From the NCBI GenBank assembly GCA_963790365.1, contig CAWBOU010000043.1:12732-76731 (forward strand): a stretch of DNA of 64,000 nucleotides, read 5' to 3'. Within the stretch, counting starts at the first letter, position 1. The number at the start of each line of letters is the position of its first letter. The notes under the pieces were generated by a model that was not told the origin of the DNA, ran no database searches, and saw only the letters and a program-made list of their open reading frames with translations. Below, piece after piece: positions 9,934 to 19,243 of the stretch. The DNA comes from an uncultured delta proteobacterium (GTDB lineage Bacteria; Desulfobacterota; Binatia; JACPRU01). The position numbers were made by a program, and so were the translations under genes.

Positions 9934-11144
9934 TTACGAACAGCCAAGCTGAACCTGCAGCTGATTCGGCCGCCTCGAGGAGCTCGGCGGCCTGCTCGGC
10001 AGAGAGCTTCTTGCCCGATTGCGCCTGAACCTGGCTCTCGAAGGACTGGAGGTGACTGCAGGCACTGGCGATGTCGCCTTCGGCGATGGCGTCGAGAACG
10101 GCTTGCAGCTTTACCGTCAGCGCGTTGCTCAGACCGGCGGGGAGGTCGAAGATGTCGATCTTCTCGATCGTCTCCCCGACCTGCTCCTGAGGAGTCGTTC
10201 CCGGACCGATGGCGATCGCGAAGGCGTTGCCGGTGGGCACCAGCCGACGACCGTATTGCCGGCGGTATCGATGATCGAAACGTCGCCGCCGAGCTTGGTG
10301 GCGTATACTCGGGTGCCGTCGGGTGTGATCGCCAAATCAAACACGACCGACGTGATCGGCACGTGGGTCAACAACGTGTTCGTTGCCGTGTCGATGACGG
10401 TGACGCCGTCGTGATTGCTCGCATAGACGCGGCTGCCGTCGGGCGTGACGGCTATGCCGTCGGTGCCTTGATCGCTCTGGGAATCACGGCGACCTCCGTG
10501 TTTCCGACCGTCTCCAAGACCGAAACGCTCGGAGCGATCTTAACCACGTAGGCAAAGGCACCGTCAGGCGAGAAGTCGACACCGCTCGGGATTCCCGGAA
10601 GAGCGAAGGCATCGAGCACGGTGTTCGTGGCGGTGTCGATGACCGACATGGACTGAGCCTGCGTGACGTAGAGCCGGCTACCGTCGGGAGTCACGGCCAC
10701 GTTGTTGGGCGCGGGCCGGGGTATCGTCGCGACGACGGCGTTGGTGGCGACGTCGATCACGGAAACGGTATTCGAGAGGATGTTCGCCACGTACGCCCGA
10801 GTGCCGTCCGGCGTGAACGCAACACCCCGAGGGGAGTCGCCGACCGGAATCGTGGCAACCACCGTCCGCGTGGCGGTATCGATGACGGAGATGGTGTCGA
10901 GATCCTCGTTGGACACGTACGCTCGAGTGCCGTCCGGCGAAATCGCGATGTAGAAGGGAGAGCCGAACCCCTCGATGGTGTCTACCACCGTGTTGGTCGC
11001 GGTGTCGAAGACCGACACGCTATCGTTCGCGGTGCTGGTGACGAAGGCGAGTGGCGGGGCGGCGTCGACCGGCAGAGCGCTCGCCACGAGCAGCATCGCC
11101 GATGCCCAAGTTGATACGGTCGTGATTCTACGCTTCGTTTTCAT
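9934..11144 (-). pseudogene. Secreted YVTN-repeat beta-propeller protein with a C-terminal FIMAH-like helical domain, split by about 3 single-base indels
   Basis: Signal peptide, then repeated (S/T)PDGxRxYV..VSVIDTATNTVV units. The reading continues across frame changes near 10480, 10245 and 9965 into LSNALTVKLQA..SACSHLQSFESQVQAQSGKKLSAEQA and a likely end NQLQVQLGCS* at TAA 9934-9936. Confidence 0.7.
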
Positions 11145-11165
11145 GATTTCCCCTTCTTCGGCGAC

Positions 11166-11851
11166 TCACGAACAGCTGAAGCCGATGGATGCGCAGTTCT
11201 CGGGTGAACCGCAGGCGTCGAAGTCGACCAAGATCGTGCCGTGGCAGCAACAGCCGGTTTCGCAGTCACTGTTCTGGGTGCAGTCCCCCGGGGCGGGTGG
11301 CGGCGGGGGCGGTGGCGCCTGGCACTCGCCGAGGACGTTCTCGCAACCCCAATCCGGGATGCAGACGCCGACATCACCCACCAGAGGCACGGTCATAAGG
11401 CAGCAACAGGCTGTGCCACATTGATCGCTCTCTTCGCAGTGGGCGTTCAACGGCAACGGTGGCGGCCCGTCGGAGATGGGCAGGTTCGGGATCAGGCATT
11501 CCGACACGCAGGTGAGAATGTCGCCTCGCGACGGGTCGGGAACCTCGCAGCCTTGTGGCTCGCACGTCGCGCCCCTGACCGGTGTGCCCCGCCCGGCGGA
11601 GCAAATCCCGGCCGTGGTGTTCGAGCATTCCTCACCGACGCCGCAGCAAACCGTCGTGCCTCCGCACAGCCCAGTGGCCGCATTGCAGCTGCCCGAGGCT
11701 GGCTGCCCACCCTGCGATACGCAGTCGCTCGGCGCCGGTACATGCAGCCGTCATCCAGCTGGCAGCAGCCCCCGGCCGAGATCTGGCTCCACGCTTCGCC
11801 GTTGAGCGCGAACAACAGCGCGATCACCGCCCATCCTCGTTGAAATCGCAT
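11166..11851 (-). CDS. Cys-rich secreted hypothetical protein (one apparent frameshift near 11742)
   Basis: GGAGG RBS, then MRFQRGWAVIALLFALNGEAWS signal peptide. A one-base correction joins GGCCQLDDGC to VPAPSDCVSQGG..CCGVGEEC.. and to the 11166-11507 ORF (CGTACCC, poly-Pro, CETGCCC). Confidence 0.6.
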
Positions 11852-11886
11852 CGTCGTCATCCTCCCCTGCTGGGCCGAGCGATCAC

Positions 11887-12285
11887 TCACGGACTGACCT
11901 GTCCCAATCCGTCGATGACGTCGGGTTCGGCGATGATGAAGGACACGAGGCACCGAGTGCTGGCGCTCCCGGTCTTGTAGAACGGCTTGATCTCCACCGA
12001 TCGATTGCCGACGGCTCGCGCGAGGATCTCGACGTCGCTACTCGTGACGAGCTTGCCGAAGCAAAGGGACCCGCCCCAGCGATAGGTGCGCATTTGCAAG
12101 TCCGTCTCGCGAACGATGATTCGCCCGTGCGATGCGCCGTACTCGTCGGAGGAGGATTCGTTTCGCTGAATTCCGACCAACAGACCGGGAGTTCCGATCG
12201 CGTCCGCGTGCGCGGTCGTCGCCGCGAAGGAAATGCCGGCGATCCCCAGTAACACTGCTACTTTCATCGTTCGCCCCAGATTCAT
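11887..12285 (-). CDS. Small secreted hypothetical protein (132 aa)
   Basis: GGAGG RBS, MNLGRTMKVAVLLGIAGISFAATTAHA signal peptide, two Cys in the mature part. No family recognised. Confidence 0.65.
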   Translation of the reverse strand: MNLGRTMKVAVLLGIAGISFAATTAHADAIGTPGLLVGIQRNESSSDEYGASHGRIIVRETDLQMRTYRWGGSLCFGKLVTSSDVEILARAVGNRSVEIKPFYKTGSASTRCLVSFIIAEPDVIDGLGQVSP

Positions 12286-12586
12286 CGCGTCCCTCCCCTG
12301 GTTTTGCGTCAGTGGCCCCTTCCGAGAATGACCTGACTCATCCACGCCGAGAGCTCGTCCAGCGAGGCGAAACGAACCGCCAATCCGGAGGCGAGATGCT
12401 CCGCGCGACCCGCGTAGTTTGTTCCGCTCTTTCGAGCCCGCTCGCGGAACTGCACGACGAAGCCCAAGTCCGGTGAGAGCGGCGGCTCTTCCGTGAGCTC
12501 GGTTTCGCTGGCGCGCGCTTTTCGGAATCTCGTCGGCATGGGTCGACGCGATGCCACCCGGGAGATTCGAAGGGCGATGGGTCGTG

Positions 12587-12623
12587 CGTTGATTCGACGT
12601 CGAATCGACGTTGAATCGGCGGT
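12587..12623 (-). promoter_or_regulatory. 11-bp-periodic tandem repeats (minus-strand AACG/GACG/AACG cores) containing the 16-bp palindrome GATTCGACGTCGAATC
   Basis: Plus-strand CGTT 12587, CGTC 12598, CGTT 12609; TCGACGT at 12594 and 12605, TCGGCGG at 12616; palindrome 12591-12606. Confidence 0.55.
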
Positions 12624-12680
12624 AAGGCGAACTTGTAACTTCGGCGGCGGGAGTTGTACGTTCGGGCATCGGTCACTCAG

Positions 12681-15600
12681 GTGGAGTTCGAATCCATCGT
12701 CTTCCCGCCCTTTCGACTCGAGCCGGGAAATGCGCGGCTTTGGCGCGGCTCGGAGATCGTTCCGCTTCGGGGCAAGACGTTCGGCGTGCTTCGCTACCTC
12801 GTCGAACGGCACGATCAGCTGGTCACGCGTGACGAGCTTCTGAGCGCGCTTTGGCCCGACACGCACGGCGCCGAGGCGCTCCCGCGCGGGTGCATTCACG
12901 AGCTTCGTGAGGTGCTCGAGGACGACACCGCCCGCCCCCGCTTCATCGAGACCGTCGGCCGGCGCCAGGGCTACCGCTTCATCGCACCCGTGACGACGAA
13001 CACGTACGTCGATGCTAGGCCCCGACCCCGTGCCAAACGGGTGACCGTCGCGACTCGCGTCGCTTCAGTGCAACGCCAACCGTTGGTCGTCGGCCGTACT
13101 GCCGAGTTCGCGCGCCTCGACGCGGCGTTCGAACGAGCACTCGACGGCGAGCGCCGGCTCGTCTTCGTGACGGGGGAGCCCGGAATCGGCAAGACCACCC
13201 TGGTCGATACGTTTCTCGGGCGGCTCCGGAGGGACCATGACGTCTGGAGCGGCTGGGGCCAGTGCGTCGAGCAGTACGGGGCGGGCGAAGCCTACTTACC
13301 CGTCCTCGAGGCGCTCGGTCGACTCTGCCGCAGCGCCGATGGCGAGCGCGTGATCGCTCTCCTCGATCGCCACGCCCCAATGTGGCTGATGCAGATGCCC
13401 GCGCTACTCGACTCGCAGCGGGCGGAGGACCTCCGGCGCCGGGTGCAAGGCGGCAATCCCGAGCGGATGGTTCGTGAGCTGTCCGACGGCCTGGACGCCC
13501 TCGCCGCGGAAAAGCCGTTGGTACTGGTGATCGAGGATCTCCAGTGGAGCGACTACTCGACCGTCGACCTCGTCGCCGCGCTGGCATCGCGAAGAGAATC
13601 TGCGCGGCTTCTGTTCATCGCGACGTATCGACCGGCGGACGTCGTCGTGAGCCGGCATCCGGTGAGAGTCGTGAAGCAGCAACTGCAAGCGCGCGGGAAG
13701 TGTGAAGACGTCCTGCTCGGATCGCTGAACGCAGCCGAGGTAGGTCACTATTTGACGATTCGTTTCGCGGGCAACCGATTTCCGCAGGAGCTCGACCGTG
13801 CGATCTACGGCAACACGGATGGGAACCCGCTCTTCGTCGTGAATCTCTTGGACTATCTCGTCGCGACCGGCGGGATCCGCGAAGCGGACGGTCTATGGCG
13901 GGTGACGGGCGACATTCATGATGTCGTCAAGCGCGTTCCGGACACCCTGCGCGCGTTGATCGAGGCGCAGATCGATCGTTTGTCCGAACCGGAGAAACAC
14001 CTTCTCGAGGCCGGGAGCCTCGCGGGAGACGAGTATTCTTCCCTCCATCTCGCGGCACTGCTCGGCGAACCCGCCGAGACGATCGAAGATCGATGTGACG
14101 AACTGACCCGCCGAAGCCAGTTCATTCGAGCGCTCGGGCCACTCGCGCTGCCGGATGGATCCACGGGCGCGCGCTACGGCTTTCTCCACACGCTCTACCA
14201 GAAAGTTTTCTACGAGCGCATGTCGGCTACGCGTCGGGCGCGGCTTCATCGGAGGTTTGCCGCGGAGCTCGAGCGGCGGCACGCGAACCGAACGGATGAG
14301 ATCGCAGCCGAGCTGGCGATCCATTTCGAGCGGGGAGGCGAGGAAGCGCGCGCGGTTCACTATGTCGCGAAAGCGGCGCAGAACGCGAATCGACGCGGCG
14401 CGCTCCGCGAGGCCATGGGTCATCGTGCGAAGGGATTGCGACTTCTCGAAGCACTCCCTCAGGGAGCGTGGCGTGCAGACCTCGAGCTCACGCTCGAAGT
14501 CGACGCCTACGACGCGATGTACTTCGCCGAGGGCGGCGTCGGCGTGGGCGCGGAAGCCGAAGGGATTCTGGCCCGCGCGTTGACGCTATCCCGTCAAGCG
14601 AGTCAGACGCGCGCTCTGGCACTCACGCTGATGCGACTGGCATTCGTCCATCTTTGGCGCGGAGATTTCGCCGGCGCCGAAAAGCTCGTGGATCAACTCG
14701 TGACCGTGGCGCAGCGGAGGCGCGATCCTCTGCAGCTCGCGATCGCGCATGGAATGGCGGCGACCGTATCTCTGTTTCGCGGCGACCTGCGGTCGTCATG
14801 TGGGCGATTCGAACAGTGCCTCGCTCAGTATCGTCGGGCCGAGCATGACGTCGCCGAACCCATGCACGACAACGTTTTGATCTTCGTTGCCTTCTCCGCG
14901 TTTCCTTTGTGGTTCCTCGGGCGCGCCGATCGATCGCGGCACAGATTCGATGAAGCCCTGACGTTGTTGGCAGGCCGTACCGGCTCGATCCTCGCAATCC
15001 TTCACCACACCCTGCTGCACTACCTCCGTCGGGAGACCGAAATGGCTCGGTCCTCCCTGCGGGCGGTGATCTCGCGCGCCACCGAGGACACGCTCGCTTC
15101 CTTCTGGATCAACAATTTGCGGTTTTGGTTGCTCGACGAAGGGGGCGCGAAGGAAGGCGGCATCGCGCGATTTCGTCAGCAGCTGGTTTCCGAGAATCAG
15201 ACGTGGCGGTCGCTCTTCGTATGCATCGCCGCCGAAAAGCTCGCGCAGCGCGGCCGTCTCGAGGAAGCGATCGCGTTGGTCGCGGAGGACCTGGGCTCGG
15301 TCCCGAAGCGAGGCGATCGCTGGTGCCTCGCCGAGCTCTACCGGGTCCAGGGTGAGCTGATGCTCAAGCGGGCAAGGCAGCTCGAGAAAAAACTCAAACG
15401 AAGCGGGCCGAAGCGGCCCCGACCGTCTGCCATTGAACACCTCGAGTTGAGGGCCGAAGAGTCGGTTCGGCGCGCAATCGTTGTCGCGCGACGGCAGAGT
15501 GCCAAATCATTGGAGCTGCGGGCCGCGATCAGCCTGAGCCGCCTGCTCCGAAGCAAGGGCAAGAGCTCGGCGGCTCGTCGAATGCTCTCGCGCATTCATG

Positions 15601-15695
15601 GGTGTTTCACCGAGGGCTTCGCGACACCGGATCTCGCAGACGCCAAAGCTCTACTGGACCAGCTGGATGGCAGCGCACCTGAAGTGGTGAGGTGA
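12681..15695 (+). CDS. OmpR-type winged-helix + AAA/STAND ATPase + TPR transcriptional regulator
   Basis: N-terminal FRLEPGNARLWRG..KTFGVLRYLV..IETVGRRQGYRF winged helix, Walker A GEPGIGKTT, Walker B LVIEDLQW, TDGNPLF, and a C-terminal AKSLELRAAISLSRL..FTEGFATPDL helical region. Confidence 0.88.
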   Translation: MEFESIVFPPFRLEPGNARLWRGSEIVPLRGKTFGVLRYLVERHDQLVTRDELLSALWPDTHGAEALPRGCIHELREVLEDDTARPRFIETVGRRQGYRFIAPVTTNTYVDARPRPRAKRVTVATRVASVQRQPLVVGRTAEFARLDAAFERALDGERRLVFVTGEPGIGKTTLVDTFLGRLRRDHDVWSGWGQCVEQYGAGEAYLPVLEALGRLCRSADGERVIALLDRHAPMWLMQMPALLDSQRAEDLRRRVQGGNPERMVRELSDGLDALAAEKPLVLVIEDLQWSDYSTVDLVAALASRRESARLLFIATYRPADVVVSRHPVRVVKQQLQARGKCEDVLLGSLNAAEVGHYLTIRFAGNRFPQELDRAIYGNTDGNPLFVVNLLDYLVATGGIREADGLWRVTGDIHDVVKRVPDTLRALIEAQIDRLSEPEKHLLEAGSLAGDEYSSLHLAALLGEPAETIEDRCDELTRRSQFIRALGPLALPDGSTGARYGFLHTLYQKVFYERMSATRRARLHRRFAAELERRHANRTDEIAAELAIHFERGGEEARAVHYVAKAAQNANRRGALREAMGHRAKGLRLLEALPQGAWRADLELTLEVDAYDAMYFAEGGVGVGAEAEGILARALTLSRQASQTRALALTLMRLAFVHLWRGDFAGAEKLVDQLVTVAQRRRDPLQLAIAHGMAATVSLFRGDLRSSCGRFEQCLAQYRRAEHDVAEPMHDNVLIFVAFSAFPLWFLGRADRSRHRFDEALTLLAGRTGSILAILHHTLLHYLRRETEMARSSLRAVISRATEDTLASFWINNLRFWLLDEGGAKEGGIARFRQQLVSENQTWRSLFVCIAAEKLAQRGRLEEAIALVAEDLGSVPKRGDRWCLAELYRVQGELMLKRARQLEKKLKRSGPKRPRPSAIEHLELRAEESVRRAIVVARRQSAKSLELRAAISLSRLLRSKGKSSAARRMLSRIHGCFTEGFATPDLADAKALLDQLDGSAPEVVR

Positions 15696-15734
15696 ATTGC
15701 ATGGGCTCTCCGCGAGGCCTATGACCCGTCGTTG

Positions 15735-16580
15735 ATGAACCGTCGTACCTGCGTCATCACCGGCGCGAGCTCCGGGATCGGTCTCGAGGCTGCCGTCGGC
15801 ATCGCGCAGACCGGCGCCAAGATCTTCCTCATCGTGCGCGATCGCGGGCGCGGCGAGAACGCCGCGGCCGAGATCCGCCGGCGAACCGGCAACCAGGACG
15901 TCGAGCTGTTGCTTGCTGATCTTGCTTCGCAGCGTGATATCCGGCGCGTCGCGAAGGAGTTTCTCGACCGCGGCGAGCCTCTCCACCTGCTCGTCAACAA
16001 CGCCGGCGTCTTCCAGCTCCGTCACGAGAAGACCGTCGACGGCATCGAGACGACGTTCGCCGTCAACCATCTCGGTTACTTCCTCCTGACGAATCTCCTG
16101 TTGCCGCGCCTCCGCGAGAGCGCGCCGGCGCGGATCGTGAACGTCGCCTCCGACGCGCACCACTGGGGCACGATCGACTTCGACGACCTCGGCGGCGAGA
16201 AGAGCTTCCGCTCGATGAAGATCTACGGGCGATCGAAGCTCGCGAACGTGCTCTTCACGCGCGAGCTCGCCGAACGGCTCGCGGGCACCGGCGTGACCGT
16301 CAACTGCATGCACCCGGGCGCCGTCGGCACGAACCTCGGCAAGCAGAACGGCACGTTCGCGCAGGTGGTCACCACGGTCATCCGACCGTTCATGCGAACG
16401 CCGGCGAGGGGCGCCAACACGATCGTCTGGCTCGCGACCGCGCCCGAGCTCGAAGGCGTGACCGGCAAATACTACTTCGACCGCCGCGAGAAGCGCGGCT
16501 CGCCCGAATCGCAGGACCCGAACGTACGCAAACGACTTTGGACCGTGAGCGAACAGCTCACCGAGAGGAGCTCTGCATGA
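15735..16580 (+). CDS. Short-chain dehydrogenase/reductase (retinol-dehydrogenase-like)
   Basis: TGASSGIG, NNAG, NHLGYF, YGRSK motifs. Confidence 0.92.
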   Translation: MNRRTCVITGASSGIGLEAAVGIAQTGAKIFLIVRDRGRGENAAAEIRRRTGNQDVELLLADLASQRDIRRVAKEFLDRGEPLHLLVNNAGVFQLRHEKTVDGIETTFAVNHLGYFLLTNLLLPRLRESAPARIVNVASDAHHWGTIDFDDLGGEKSFRSMKIYGRSKLANVLFTRELAERLAGTGVTVNCMHPGAVGTNLGKQNGTFAQVVTTVIRPFMRTPARGANTIVWLATAPELEGVTGKYYFDRREKRGSPESQDPNVRKRLWTVSEQLTERSSA

Positions 16581-17083
16581 CCCCTCATCAATCCGTCGCT
16601 CTCATGGTGAAGATGCTGAAGAACGTCGAGGCGTGGCTCGACAAGGCCACCGCCCATGCGACCGCCAAGAAGTTCGAAGCCGACGTGCTCGCCGGATCGC
16701 GCCTCGCGCCCGACGCGTACGACCTCGCACGGCAGATCCAGGCCGCGTGCGATCAGGCGAAGTACACGGCCGCGTATCTCGGCGGCAAGCCGCCGCCTTC
16801 TCACGCGGACACCGAGAAGACGATCGCCGAGCTCCGCCAGCGGATCTCGAAGTGCCTCGCCTTCGTCGAGAGCGTGCCGGAGAAGGACTACGCGGGCGGC
16901 GAGGAGCGGAAGGTCAGCCCGGGCTGGCTCGGCGGCAAGTGGCTTCGCGGCGAAGACTATCTCGTCGAGCTCGCGATGCCGAACTTCTTCTTCCACGTGA
17001 CGATGGTCTACGCGATCCTCCGCCACAACGGCGTCGACGTCGGGAAGATGGATTACATCGGCTCGCTCTCGATCCGCGAGTAG
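16577..17083 (+). CDS. DUF1993-family (DinB-like) protein
   Basis: RLAPD..L..QIQAACD and C-terminal PNFFFHVTMVYAILRHNGVDVGKMDYIG; ATGA overlap with the SDR. Confidence 0.88.
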   Translation: MTPHQSVALMVKMLKNVEAWLDKATAHATAKKFEADVLAGSRLAPDAYDLARQIQAACDQAKYTAAYLGGKPPPSHADTEKTIAELRQRISKCLAFVESVPEKDYAGGEERKVSPGWLGGKWLRGEDYLVELAMPNFFFHVTMVYAILRHNGVDVGKMDYIGSLSIRE

Positions 17084-17088
17084 TTCGA

Positions 17089-17115
17089 GAAAAAATACTT
17101 ACGAAGTATTTTTTC
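17089..17115. terminator. Perfect 12-bp AT-rich inverted repeat between convergent genes (bidirectional terminator-like)
   Basis: GAAAAAATACTT-ACG-AAGTATTTTTTC, giving a 6-U tract after the hairpin on either strand. Confidence 0.5.
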
Positions 17116-19240
17116 GGACGCGCACCGGCACGCCCGTCTGGTGCGGCATGAAGCTGATGCGCTCGCGGTGCCCCGCCGCGAGCGGCACGAGCCGACCGGT
17201 GTGCGCGCCGCGCGGGCCGTCGAAGCCGTGCGCCATCGAGATGACCGAACGGCGTACCGTCGCGTCGCTGATCGCGACCGCGACGATCTCGCCCGTTCGT
17301 GAGCCGATGCGGATCGGACCGCCTTCGGCGACGCCGTCGCGCCGCATGTCCTCCGGATTCATGTGGGCGTGGTTGATCTCGCCCTTCTCGCCGAGCCGCG
17401 GCGTGCCGCGGAGGAGACTGTTCATCACGTGCGGCAGGCGCCGCGAGGCCAGGCGGTAAGGGAACGCGCCGTCGGCGCTCGCCGCGAGGTCCTTTCGCAC
17501 CTCGTCGATCTCGAGCGCGACGTCGTCGGGACATACGTCGAGGCGGCGGCCTGAGTCTTCGGGAAGTGCCGCCACGCGGAGCGGCGGCAGATCGTAGACG
17601 ATGCCGCCTTCGGCGGAAGAAAGCTCCGCGTACGAAAGACCGCGCTGCTCGCAGATCCAGGCGAGGATCTCTTCTTCGCTCGGCTTCGACTCCATCGAAA
17701 GCGCGAGACCGGGCGGCAGCGCCGCGTAGTCCATCAACAGCCCGAGGTACTTGTACTCGAGGCGGATGCCCATCCGCCGCGCGACGCCCCAGAAGAGCTC
17801 CCAGTCGTGGATCACGCCGGGCGGCTTCTCCACGACGGGCTTCGAGAGCTCGGCGAAGGTCCGCTCGAACATGAACTCGAGATAGCCGGAGAGCTCGTGA
17901 CGCTCGAAGAACGTCGAGGTCGCGATCACGTAGTGAGAGAGCGCGGTCGTCTCCGTCTCGCGGGAATCGAGCGTGACGAGAAGCTCGAGGTCCCGGAGCG
18001 CGGTTCGCGTCTTGCCGGGATCGACGAGCGCGACGGCCGGGTTGCCGGAGAAGACGATCAAAGCGCGGATCTTGTCGTCGCCGGGCGCGAGGATCTCGTC
18101 CGGGAGGAGCGGCGTCGGCAGCTCGCCGCCGATCCGTCCGACGTTCTGCGTGCGACACCACGGGGCGGATTTCCACGTCCGGTTCGGCGGCAGCACGTCC
18201 TCGATCGGGGGCATGCCGAAGAAGACGCCCCGATTCGGAACCTCCTCGCCGGCGCGCCGATAACCGCCGCAGAGCGCGTTCAGCGACTCGACGAGGAACT
18301 CGGCCGCGTTCGAATGCGGGGTCATGCAGGTGCCGGTGCCACAGCCGGCCATCGGATGCTTCGCGTGGCTGAAGATTCGCGCCGCCTCGACGACGTCTTC
18401 CGCGCGCACGTCGCAGCGGCGGGCGACGGTGTGCGGATCGAACGCGGCCGTATGCTCGCGCAAGCGATCCACGCCGACGACCCACCGGTCGCAGAACTCG
18501 CGGTTCTGCCAGCCGTTCCGGAGGATCACGTGCACGATGCCGGCGAAGAGCGTCGCGTCCTCTCCGGGCAGGAGCTGGAGGTGAATGTCCGCGTGCTTCG
18601 CAAGCTCGGTGCGCCGCGGGTCGACGACGATGTGCCGAACGCCTTTCCGGCGAAGCTCGCGATTCGCGAGGTTCGGATCGAGGCCCGGCGCCGGCGTCAT
18701 CGGGTTCCCGAGATGCGAGACGAACGGATTGTTCCCCGCCGTGAGCATGACGTCGACGTCGTGGTGGCTCCGCTTCCCGCCGAGCCAGAGCCCCATGCGC
18801 GCGGGGGTCGTCACCTTCTGCGGCTGGTCGATCGTCACGGTCGAGAAGAGGTTCGGCGTGCCGATCTCGTGCACGAACGAGCGCGCCATGCCGTAGGCGA
18901 TCGTGTTCGCGTACGACCCGGTGCCCGTGTAGAGCGCGATCGAGCGCGGACCGTAGCGTCGTCTCAACGCCGCGAGCTTCGCGGCGACCTCGTCGAGCGC
19001 CGTCTCGGCGTCGATCGCGGCGAAGCGCCCGTCAGGAAGACGCTTCCGCGACTCGCGCAGGCGCGGCACGCCGTCGCCCTGCAGGAACCGCACGAAGTCG
19101 GCGCCTTTCGCACAGGCGTAGCCGCGCGACACGGGGTGATCCGCGTCCGGACGCGCGGCGACGATGCGCCCGTCCTCGACGTCGAGGTCGAAGCCGCAAT
19201 AGATGCAGATCCGGCACGGCGACTTGACCGTGCGCAACAC
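17099..19240 (-). CDS. Molybdopterin (bis-MGD) oxidoreductase, MopB superfamily, uncharacterised subfamily
   Basis: N-terminal CRICIYCG..CAKG cluster motif, GNNPFVSH, VVDPRRTE, SGNPA, and a C-terminal molybdopterin-binding region (SRR..MNS..AHMNPED). Confidence 0.85.
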   Translation of the reverse strand: MLRTVKSPCRICIYCGFDLDVEDGRIVAARPDADHPVSRGYACAKGADFVRFLQGDGVPRLRESRKRLPDGRFAAIDAETALDEVAAKLAALRRRYGPRSIALYTGTGSYANTIAYGMARSFVHEIGTPNLFSTVTIDQPQKVTTPARMGLWLGGKRSHHDVDVMLTAGNNPFVSHLGNPMTPAPGLDPNLANRELRRKGVRHIVVDPRRTELAKHADIHLQLLPGEDATLFAGIVHVILRNGWQNREFCDRWVVGVDRLREHTAAFDPHTVARRCDVRAEDVVEAARIFSHAKHPMAGCGTGTCMTPHSNAAEFLVESLNALCGGYRRAGEEVPNRGVFFGMPPIEDVLPPNRTWKSAPWCRTQNVGRIGGELPTPLLPDEILAPGDDKIRALIVFSGNPAVALVDPGKTRTALRDLELLVTLDSRETETTALSHYVIATSTFFERHELSGYLEFMFERTFAELSKPVVEKPPGVIHDWELFWGVARRMGIRLEYKYLGLLMDYAALPPGLALSMESKPSEEEILAWICEQRGLSYAELSSAEGGIVYDLPPLRVAALPEDSGRRLDVCPDDVALEIDEVRKDLAASADGAFPYRLASRRLPHVMNSLLRGTPRLGEKGEINHAHMNPEDMRRDGVAEGGPIRIGSRTGEIVAVAISDATVRRSVISMAHGFDGPRGAHTGRLVPLAAGHRERISFMPHQTGVPVRVRKNTS

Positions 19241-19243
19241 CGT

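Noticed and set aside
12681-12700. GTTCGAATCC, a tRNA T-loop-like sequence
   Set aside because: The flanks do not form a 5-bp T stem, no acceptor, D or anticodon arms are evident, and it lies in the first codons of the regulator.
9840-15730. Prophage, ICE or transposon explanation for the atypical cassette
   Set aside because: No integrase, transposase, tRNA target or flanking direct repeat was found by eye.
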